Positions 23,900-33,115 of a stretch of DNA of 35,304 nt are shown here, in pieces. The notes under the pieces are model-generated. The model did no database searches, was not told the DNA's origin, and saw nothing but the letters and a program-made list of their open reading frames with translations. The number at the start of each line of letters is the position of its first letter. Position 1 is the stretch's first letter. Source of the stretch: Octopus bimaculoides (taxonomy: Eukaryota); contig NC_068994.1 in assembly GCF_001194135.2 (NCBI RefSeq), positions 21,620,032 to 21,655,335 on the forward strand, written 5' to 3'. The position numbers were made by a program, and so were the translations under genes.

Positions 23900-25003
23900 T
23901 TCATCACAAACCTCCAGAAGGCACTGAACTGCTTCTCTCTTTTTGCTCTCCTCTTCAGATAAAGGCAACTTCTCCCTCTTGTTTACTCCTTTCTGCCGGC
24001 GCCCTTGAGTAGTAGTCCCTGCCACAGAGAGCCCTGCACTAGTGGAGAGGGAAGCTTTAGTATTGCTGACACAACTGACTCCCTTTGATTCATCTGGCAT
24101 AACTTTAGTGGTACTCTGATTGCTCGTAGTAACCATGGGTTCTCGACGAAGGTGGGACAAGCCAGTAGTGATCCCTTCAATAGGTCCACAGCTGCCACTA
24201 TCTTCATGACTGTCTTTGTCCCGTTGCAGGAGCAAACTAATAATATAACGAGAGTAGACTGACTCAATACCTCGCATGTCCAGTTCAGACTGAAACCAGT
24301 TGTGCACTGAGCTTGTGGACCTTCGTAAGGAGGATGTCGATGACAGTGGTGAAGACATCATCATCATCATAGTAGTTGTCAGTAGAGGAGCTACTGATGA
24401 AGAAGACACCGGATTCTGTGTTGACACAGACTTTGAAGAAGAATGATGGAGATTTGAAACAGCCACAGTACTAGCATTAGTTGCAGCTGCTGATGTTATT
24501 GTCATGGTGACAGCAGTGGGTGCTGGCAAATCTTTGGTAGTCTCTGATGAAGAGACTAGGCTTGAAGATAATGACATGGTGGAGGAGGAAACTGAGAATG
24601 GAGGAGAAAGAAGGGGAGGAGGTGAGGTGCGCGAAAGAGGAGAAGATTGAGGAATTCGCACAGTTATCATTGTGGATGAGGTGCTGGTGGTGATAGTATT
24701 TAACATCAGCGAGTCAGCACCTGCCACCAATGCTTCTGTTGTTGTTGTTGGTGGTTCCACAGCAGAACTTTTTAATTCCACTTCAGCCACACCTGCATAC
24801 ATCCGTAATTCTGGATCTCTCATTAGAATTGTACACACACCTGCTGCTTCTCCTGCTACCACTGCAGTTGTTTCCACCCCACCTGCTCCTGAGTCTGCTG
24901 CTTCTTGGCAGTTGCAGCACTGCTGATATTGAAGCCAGGAACAGTCCTGGCCCTTAGCATTGCTGCTGTTGTGGGGCCAAAGGACAAAGGGTGGATGAAG
25001 CAT
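23900..25003 (-). CDS. KIAA0232: KIAA0232-like protein, first coding exon (coding part; start codon uncertain)
   Basis: Lies in ORF 23873..25375. It encodes VHNWFQSELDMRGIESVYSRYIISLLL and LSEEESKKREAVQCLLEVCDE. From memory these match vertebrate KIAA0232 VQTWLGQELEKCGIDAMIYTRYVLSLLL and LTLEEMKKQAAVQCLRSASDE. Donor GAA|GTAAGT at 23900/23899, phase 0. In-frame ATGs include those at 25336, 25003, 24823 and 24802 (MYAG, compare vertebrate MYPI). Confidence 0.85.
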
Positions 25004-25574
25004 TGGGGCAGGAAAAACAGCATGTGGTTGCAGCAGTAGTACTAGAAAGAAGAGGAGTGAAAAAGTGATCAAAATAAATGAATGTCTGGTCAGTTGCAGC
25101 AGAGAGAGAAGAAAGAGTTGATGGCAGAACAGGGGAAAAATAATAGTAAGTGTTTTCAAGTGCCATTTCAGTTTGGTGGTGAAAATGGGAAAGAAATGAT
25201 GTGTTAGAGCATTGACTGTAGTAGAGGCTAAACACAAAAGGAGTGTAGTTTGCAAAAACAAAAAGAGCAAGTAACAGAGAAAGTATGGAACTAAAAGAGT
25301 TAAAGTTTGAGCCAAACAGATGAACAATATGGGCATAAGTGAGCAAAGGACGGCTGTTGGTCTTAATAGAGTCAAGGGGTTTGAATGTTATCAGGGACTT
25401 GAAGGTGAGGCCTGAGCAATAATTGCAAGAAGTAAATGATTTACTTTGAAGTAAAAAGAACAATAGAGTTGGGGCGACTAAAGTGGTAAAGCAACTGGAA
25501 TTCAATTTAAGCGACAATGTTTCAATACAGTTATCATACAAACCACATTTTCTCATAGTAGTTAAGCTGGCCAT
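24954..25574 (-). CDS. Candidate overlapping upstream ORF (about 206 aa from ATG 25574, MASLTTMRKCG...)
   Basis: Part of track ORF 24954..25592, in a different frame from the main CDS. It ends 50 nt past the main-frame ATG at 25003. It has two hydrophobic segments (LVAPTLLFFLL and ILSLLLALFVFANYTPFVFSLYY). Confidence 0.3.
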   Translation of the reverse strand: MASLTTMRKCGLYDNCIETLSLKLNSSCFTTLVAPTLLFFLLQSKSFTSCNYCSGLTFKSLITFKPLDSIKTNSRPLLTYAHIVHLFGSNFNSFSSILSLLLALFVFANYTPFVFSLYYSQCSNTSFLSHFHHQTEMALENTYYYFSPVLPSTLSSLSAATDQTFIYFDHFFTPLLSSTTAATTCCFSCPNASSTLCPLAPQQQQC

Positions 25575-26225
25575 AACGAAACAAGTGAGCAATCCAGCTG
25601 GAGTGGTTTGGGACTAAAGTCTTTAATTATTAATAGCCTTTTTGTTTTAAATCTACTTCTTTATATATATATTTAGAATAAATTATAATTATGAAGAGAA
25701 ATATGTTCTTGGGTTTTCTTGAGTTTTTTTTTGCAAAGCTACTTTTAAAAAAAAATATTTAAATAGAAATAATTAAAATAAAGGTAGAAAGAATTTAAAA
25801 GAGAAGAGGAAAATCGGTGAAAAAAATATTAACGAAAGAAAAATGTTTTACAACAAGTCTTTTAATAAGAATGACTAAGAAGACTGCTAAAAACTGTATA
25901 AAAGAGTAAAGTAAATCAACCAACTTGCAAGTCCCAGTGCTCTCACCAAGAAGCAAAGTTATAGTGTGTGTGTAGGAAGGAAAGGAGCAACTAACAAATA
26001 TAAGGGATACAAAGCTTCTACAACCACCAAAGAGATTCTTGCTGGTTTTGGCAACCACTAGAAGTGAGGAATTATCTTCACTTTTGTAGCAGCCAGCACT
26101 ACTGTTCAATGCAGGAACACATTCAAGCCATTGTTGCACCACACCATTTCTAGCCATGGTTAGGGGGGGCAGCCCTCAGCGCCGTAACCAAAATAGCTAC
26201 TCCATCATCAGTCTAAGACAGCAGC
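25004..26225 (-). other. Putative 5' leader portion of the KIAA0232-like exon (contains uORFs and possibly a small intron)
   Basis: Strong acceptor gtttgtttctttcttttgcAG|G at 26226/26225. The region 25620-25900 is very AT-rich and could be intronic. Confidence 0.55.
25795..26157 (-). CDS. Candidate upstream ORF, 120 aa (MARNGVVQQWLECVPAL...)
   Basis: ATG in strong Kozak context (aaccATGG), 68 nt into the putative exon. C-terminal hydrophobic stretch LLYSFIQFLAVFLVILI. No homology recognised. Confidence 0.35.
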   Translation of the reverse strand: MARNGVVQQWLECVPALNSSAGCYKSEDNSSLLVVAKTSKNLFGGCRSFVSLIFVSCSFPSYTHTITLLLGESTGTCKLVDLLYSFIQFLAVFLVILIKRLVVKHFSFVNIFFTDFPLLF

Positions 26226-26504
26226 CCTGCAAAAGAAAGAAACAAACTGTAGACTAACACTTTGGTAAGAAACATACAAATAAATTGGTATTACCACACG
26301 TATAACATAAAATTTAAAGGATAGCAAGATGGGTAAAACATCAAGCTTATAGTATTCTAAGTTAAGATCCTGTCAGAGTTTAACTTTTATTCCAACAAAG
26401 TATGTACCTATAACAGTGGACTTCATTCAGTTGAGTATATTGCCTCTTCTACAAAAATTAACCATATGGTTAATCTATGAATTAACCATATGGAATTAAA
26501 AGAT

Positions 26505-26830
26505 ACCCAAATGCTGGACTGGATACTTTACAATACTCAGTTAAATAACTTGCTGAGTTCAAACCCTGCACTATTGATTTTGTCTTTCATTTTCTTGGGA
26601 TTGGTAAAACAAATACCAGTAATAATTATACTTAGATGTCAATTTAGTTAACTTTATATTATCTCTACAAAAATTGGCAGCATGCCTCTTCAAAAGAAAT
26701 TGATATCATTATCATTAAAATGTAGAAACAGACGAATGCAAACCTAAATGCTTCTCAGTAGTTAGTTGTCCTCTAACCCTTAAATTCAAAGCTCACCACA
26801 GTTTGACTTTCTTTTATTGATCCAACACAG
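26505..26830 (+). mobile_element. One or two old SINE remnants (Nin-domain-like)
   Basis: CTGAGTTCAAACCCTGC..TTGATTTTGTCTTTCATTTTCTTGGGATTGGTAAAACAAATACCAGT, then a second weaker copy at about 26735-26830. Confidence 0.5.
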
Positions 26831-27627
26831 AAAAATAAACCCCACATATAGTATGATGGTTCAAAAGATTATACTTTTACATAGTATGTTTAATGCTTTA
26901 TGCCAATACAAAAAGTCATTATTCATACAAAATCATTTCTTTTCCTACACTGATTGATACAATTTGGAGATATATTGTAAAATTACTTGGGTATCATTTT
27001 CTCTAGTAGATGCCATTCACTATGGCTAGACATGCTATTTTTACTAACAATTCTTTTAAATAAATACAGCAACCATAGTAAGAGTTATATCAAGATCTCA
27101 ACTATATCATGCATGATGAAACTATAATAATGATCAAAATCACCCTTGCTTACAATGCACTAAAATTGTAAGCAAGCTTTATTTTTTTATTACAATATTA
27201 AAATAGGTTTAAATGTGTCTACATACAATCATATTTATTTTTGATAACTATTCTATAAACTATTTCAAATATATTTATGCAGACCTTCAATTTTGGATTA
27301 AAATCATATTTATTATTCCATATGTAGTAATTAGTCAAGTGCTAAAATTTTCTCATCAGAGGAATCTATCAATAAATGGTAAACCAGTTTAATTTGAGGA
27401 GGTAGTTGTAGTCCTCATACTTTTCCCAAAACATTTGTGGAATAAGTAAAATGACTAAGGCAGGGATCAAAGCTTTCACAATTTGCATTATCCAAAATAA
27501 TAGCACATTCATGTTGTTATGTATATACACACACATGCACAGACCAATAAAATTACAAATGCAGAGAGTTATATACATAATTTATTATGTATAATAACAA
27601 CTATAACCATCAACAGATATAATCATA

Positions 27628-28874
27628 TTGGATCATCCCATAAATAATGCAGTTTTTATTTTTATACTTCTTTTATTTTTCAAAATTTAGATAAACAAAG
27701 TTCTTTTTTAATCTAAAATATACTCTCCTTCATTTTCTACAATGCTCTTCCATCTATCTGGTAGACTTGCAAGGTCCCTCTTCCAAAATTCACTTGTCTG
27801 TGACAAAAAATACTCCTCCAGTACTGTTTTGACTTCATCTACAAGATTCATATTTTTTCCATCCAAATGATGGCTGTGGAATAAATGATAATCAGATGGG
27901 GCAATGCCCGGCGAATATGGTGAGCAAGGCATTGTTTCCCATTCAAACTGCTCCAGTCTTTGGAATGTCATCCTCGTTAAATGTAGAAGAGCATTATCTT
28001 AATGGAAGAACACCTTTCTTCTTGAAACAAAAGATGGTTGTTTTTCTTCTAGTGCTGACTTAAGCTGCTCACAGTAGATTGCTTTTGGTTTAAAAATTCA
28101 AGGCAGACTAAACGTTAAATATCCCATCAAACAGATACCTTATGTGGGCGAAGACCTTCTTTAGCATGTGATGCCGGTGTTTCTCCTTTCCTTACCCAAT
28201 CTCTTTGGCACTTGACATTTTTACAGAGAACCCATTTCTTATCACCAGTCACTATTCGGTCCAAAAAAGGTTCATTTATGAGACATGACAGCGAAGAAGT
28301 GCACACATTCACTTTCTGCGCAGGATTAGACTGGGAAAGTTTGTGAGGAACTCATTGACCCAATTTCCTGACTTTTCCAATGGCACGCAGGTATCGATGA
28401 ATGGTTGAACGATCAAATCCAAGATTCTCTGCTAGTTCCTCAACGGTTATGAGATATTGTTCCACCAGGTTTGCAGGACATCCTCATCGAGCTCTACAGA
28501 TCTTCCAGGATGAGGCTGGTCTTCTAGGCTGTAGTTTCCAGCTCGGAATGTCTGGAACCATCGATGACATTGGCTTACGCTTATTGTCTGACCCCCATAT
28601 ACTGCATTAATATTCCTTGCACTTTCCGTTGCATTGTTGCCTTTATTGAACTCATAAAGTAAAAATATGCCGAATATGCTTTGTCACTTCCATTATAGCT
28701 TTGAAAACATAACTGTTAAAATCTAACTGCACTCTTCAAAACTTGCACTGAGAATAAGGACACAGTATAATTATCTGCTTCTAAAGCAAGGTGATGCAGG
28801 TAGTTTATCCTGTCCCCCTCTTGACTTTTAGTTCGTGCAATTGAAAAAACCGCATTATTTATGGGATAACCCAA
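27628..28874 (-). mobile_element. Full-length-size (1247 bp) DD34D mariner element, decayed transposase
   Basis: TIRs TTGGATCATCCCATAAATAATGCAGTTTTT and (reverse complement) TTGGGTTATCCCATAAATAATGCGGTTTTT, each flanked by TA. Motifs FLDRIVTGDKKW, DNA and PYSPGIAPSDYHLF, with 34 codons between the second D (27998) and third D (27893). Confidence 0.92.
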
Positions 28875-29534
28875 TACATGTGTATAACCTTAGATATTTC
28901 ATGTCCCATACAAGCATACACACGTGTCAACTGAGATGAGCAGTGTCTATAGACTTAGCATTCCTCCTACAAACGGAGACAATGTAATTAATGTTTAATT
29001 TAATTGCTGGTTTATGCCTGTAAGGAAAATGTGGAACCTCTATTTCTGGGATGGAGGTATGGAAGCATTTAAATATGAGGCTTGATTAGTGTGACATAGT
29101 AGGAATGATGAGAGGAGGGCACTCAAAGTGAGATTAAGCAAGCACAATAAACAATTTGCTAGTTCAGAGGAACATTAACTGCTGCTACTGATCTAGATTA
29201 GGTTCTCACATCTCCATTGGAAAAGGTTTCCAATTCATGAACACAATGAGTATATGGTGTGGGTACCTAGGTTGCAAATAAATGAAGCCTGTGTAGAGAT
29301 TTTAAGAGTAAAGGTGATATCTGTGTAGGAATGTGTTTATTTAGATGCAATGAACTATCTGTGTCTTACTAAATCAACACTTATTGAGGTAATTCTTATG
29401 TAAGCAGCTACATAAATATAAAAATGAATTAGCAGAGATCTAGGTAGATTTGATGACAATTTACAAGTATAGAGTGTTGTTACTTTTAGCAATGTTCTCA
29501 GTCACACATGGGCGATTCCAGGACAGTTCACCGA

Positions 29535-29717
29535 CAACCTCTTCGCATTCAGATTACTCTGTCAAATGCAATAGTTATTTATTCAAATTGTTTTGAATAA
29601 TTCATGCATTATCTCATAGTTTCAAGATTTTGATAACATGATTGTTTATTTTTATAATGACATTGTAGAATAGGCGTGTGAAGCTGGATCTGGCAGGTTT
29701 AAATGTTAAAGGGTTAA
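29535..29717. mobile_element. Short MITE-like repeat with piggyBac-like ends
   Basis: Left end CAACCTCTTCGCATTCAGATTACTC, right end TTTAAATGTTAAAGGGTTAA, forming degenerate TTAACCCTTTAGCATT-type inverted termini. Confidence 0.6.
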
Positions 29718-29736
29718 AATTAGAAAAGAACACTTT

Positions 29737-30082
29737 CACATCTTCAACTTGGTTGAAACTTAATACAAGGGCAGATTTGGGGCCAAAAAGGACCCCAAAT
29801 TTTTAGCTAAATCTGAACAACTGTTCGAGAGTTACAAGGCCATTTTGAGATCAAATGTTGGTTGACCTTGCATTTTTCAAATTTTAATAACCTTTTGAAT
29901 GTTGGTTGTAACTATATAAAAACACATATTTGAAATTGCAATTTATAGATTTCAAAAATGTCATTGTTTTTGATTTGTGATGAATCAAAATTTCAATAAT
30001 AAATGAATATTTGAACTGACTCTGACCTCTCAGAGGGATTTTTGAAAAATTCATTGAGGATAAAAATGCTTCCCTACCTCAT
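29737..30082 (+). repeat. Arm 1 of a roughly 350-bp inverted repeat (partner 32479..32825)
   Basis: The reverse complement aligns colinearly by eye with 32479..32825. Anchors: ATGAATTTTT(T/C)CAAAATCC(C/T)TCTGA, AAATATTCATTTATTAT and GATCTCAAAATG. Confidence 0.75.
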
Positions 30083-30424
30083 GATTTTTGTAGTATGAAT
30101 TCCAGTATTTTTAACTATAAACATATCGTTTCACTTCATTTCAAGAGGACCAGATGAGAAGTGTATAAAGAGTTCTACAGTTACACACCGTGTCATATAT
30201 ATACATTATTACATTATATATTCAATATCTTTGGCATGTTCCTGCATTGTTATGTATATCTGAGTATCAAAATTTTCTATGTTCTTTTTTTGTTGGTTAA
30301 TTCCTAGAAGTCTTGGACAATGAAAAGATTTCCTAATATGTATAAATTGTCAGACATTTTCATAATGTAAAGCAATGAAGATTCATGGGCTTCAACTGTT
30401 TCAAACTTCTCAGTTGTCCTTGTA

Positions 30425-31030
30425 TCTCCTTCCAAGAATCTAGACAATTTTCCATGAAGCCATCATACTCCATTGGCTGTGCAATGTCAGTGTGCATGTA
30501 CAACAAAGTGTAAATGTTTTAAGAGAAAAATGGGGTGTAAGAGAGAAGGCAACACCAGTATGGTGACATAATGCATATGGATGAGGACAGCTGCGTAAAG
30601 CAGTACCAATCTCTAAATGTGGAGGAAACCCGTGGCAGAGGAAGACACAGGAAGATGTGGGATGAGGTGGCAAGAAATGATCTTACAGAGATGAGAAAGG
30701 ACCAAATCAACTGGTGATATGCTGCGCTTGAGAAGACCTGCCTAGCAAAGTAAAATCCATGTCTGTGTCCCCCTCTCCCCACAACCTACCTATGCTCAAT
30801 ACTGTTTGTCCCCCTCCCTCCATTCTCCCTCACCTATCCACTTATCTACCTGCACACAATACACCCTTAAATTGCTCGCCCCACCACCTCTAGCTCCTAC
30901 TCTCCTTCCAAAATCTTGTGAACTCACCCACCTACCCACCCTCTCCATTTTACTATATGCATCACCCTGTAACTTGCATGCATGGCCCCTATCCCCTTTC
31001 TGTCACATCTACACCATCTCTCTTCTAATG
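30425..31030 (+). mobile_element. RTE LINE fragment (end of ORF2 plus start of the CT-rich 3' UTR)
   Basis: tgcaatgtcagtgtgcatgtacaacaaagtgtaaatgttttaagagaaaa...GGAAACCCGTGGCAGAGGAAGACACAGGAAGATGTGGGATGAGGTGG parallels 2695-2910. Confidence 0.75.
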
Positions 31031-31444
31031 CAAGATATTGGACTGTTGAAGACAACAGACAAAATGAAGGGATCTATAGAGTCTACATATGAGTGGAACT
31101 TCTGGAAACAGGTCCATCAACAATTCTGATTGTGACCTAAACAATTCTGAATTACTTTAGTATTACTATATATCTATATTTATAAACATGTATTCTTAAT
31201 GGCTATGTGTATGATTAAGCCAACCTTCCCAGGACCTAGTTTCAAGGTAGCATCAATTAAAATGAATTTAACATCCAAAGACCAGATGTGTTTAAAAAAT
31301 TTGAGGCATGAACCTCTCTTGATGCTTGAGGCTAAGTGCAGCACAAAACAGCAAGCTAAAATTACAAATTTTATCATGGTCACCATTTACAATGTGTGAA
31401 ACTGAATATCCTTCAGAGCATTAAATTACATGGTAACAAAACTG

Positions 31445-31467
31445 AAAAAAAAAAAAAAAAAAAAAAA
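31445..31467. repeat. Poly(A) run, 23 nt
   Basis: Direct sequence observation. Confidence 0.95.
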
Positions 31468-31899
31468 GCGAAAAGGTTATTGGCAAGTTGATAGCTAGCA
31501 AGTCATAAAATATCAAGGCTATGGATATTTCATTTTAATAATTAGTGGTATCTTTAAACTATGTATTTTGGAGCTTCAGTATAATTATACACATAGCTAT
31601 GCAGGACAATGTTATAAATAGTACTTAAGCTTCATTCAGAATTGTTTCGGCCATGCTAGGAGCTTGCTGAAGGATCAATTTTCCAGAGGTTCTACTCTAT
31701 ATGCAAATTTTATAGATCTCTTCATTTTCTCTGTTGTCTTCAACAGTTCAGAGGTGTCACAAGTTTTATCTTTTGCTTAGGGGTCATACCAGCTGTAAAC
31801 AACATAAATATAAAGAGCATTGTTTATTCAAGTGAATATTATTTATACAATAAACTGTATATTTATACTAAATGTCCTTCAGTGTACAAATTTTTTTTT

Positions 31900-32068
31900 C
31901 TTTTATTTACTTTAGTTGTTTCAGTCATTTGACTGCAGCCATGCTGGAGCACTGCCTTTAGTCGAGCAAATCGACCCCCAGGACTTATTCTTTGTAAGCC
32001 TAGTACTTATTCTATTGGTCTCTTTTGCCAAACCGCTAAGTTACGGGGACGTAAACATACCAGCATCT
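31900..32068 (-). mobile_element. Relatively young SINE 3' half
   Basis: GTTTCAGTCATTTGACTGCAGCCATGCTGGAGCACTGCCTTTAGTCGAGCAAATCGACCCCCAGGACTTATTC...GTACTTATTCTATTGGTCTC...GTTACGGGGACGTAAAC, a very common octopus SINE segment as recalled. It retains CpGs. Confidence 0.8.
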
Positions 32069-32478
32069 TATATTTCTTCAGAGGATCCAAGCAAAATTTC
32101 ACATTCACATTTTGTAAGGAGATATGTACTATGATCTACCTTATAATCTAAAGCTCAGTTCTCTCTCACTGTATAAGAGCATATGACCTGTAGGAAAAAG
32201 TGGTAAATAAATGGAAAACATAGATGCTGTTAAACATACATAATGATGCTTAACAAGCCAAATATTGAATATATAATGTAACAATGCATATAGTGCATCA
32301 TAAATATTTGTAGAACTCCTTCATATATTTCTCATCCAACTCTTAGGATACCTAGCCCACGAAATAAGGTGAAATTAAATTTCAAAGGAAACAATAAAAG
32401 TTAATACTACTTAAATTATGTTTTTGAGCTATGCAATAGATTGTGTGTAAATCTGTTATAGCTAATTACAAAAGTAAA

Positions 32479-32825
32479 ATGGCAGGGGAACATTATTATC
32501 TTCAATGAATTTTTCCAAAATCCTTCTGAACGGTCAAATGGTCATTTTAAATATTCATTTATTATAGAGATTTTTGTTCATTACACATCAAAACAACGTC
32601 CTCTTTGTGATCCATAAACCATTGTGATTCTAAATATGTATACTTTTATATAGCTCCAACCAAGAGGGAAAAGTTACAACTTGAAGAATGCAAGGTTAAT
32701 GCTTGATCTCAAAATGACCTCACTTGTAACTTTTGAATAATTGGTCAGATCTAGATGGAAATTTGCTAATTAATTTTTGCCTCAAATCTATCATTATGTC
32801 AAGTTTCAGTAAAATTGAAGAGGTG
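32479..32825 (-). repeat. Arm 2 of the roughly 350-bp inverted repeat (partner 29737..30082)
   Basis: Same anchors as arm 1, in the opposite orientation. Confidence 0.75.
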
Positions 32826-32869
32826 ATGGTGTTACTTAGTGAGTGAGCTGTCTTGGAATCTTCCAGATA

Positions 32870-33115
32870 TGAGCATTTTCATTACTAACACTTCAACCAT
32901 TGGATCACTTTTGTCACCTCTGACACAATGATCTCAGACCCACTGAGTTTGATGACTATATTACTCCAACAAAATTTAATTCATGTACATATGTCTCCTC
33001 TTTCTATCATCCCCAGTATTCTCTTAATCCCTACTCTATTAAATGCTTTATCCAATGATTCTACTCCAGATATATATCCAATATTTTTCTTCCCTATTAT
33101 GATCTCCATTAACTA
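32870..33115 (-). mobile_element. Possible ancient LINE RT remnant
   Basis: The minus-strand reading SGVESLDKAFNRVGIKRILG resembles the RT motif DLEKAFDRV. This is the only motif seen. Confidence 0.3.

Noticed and set aside
28401-28610. 69-aa + strand ORF
   Set aside because: It is antisense to the mariner transposase HTH region.
31180-31399. Opposed 66-68 aa ORFs as possible exons
   Set aside because: No convincing splice-site pair and no recognisable homology.
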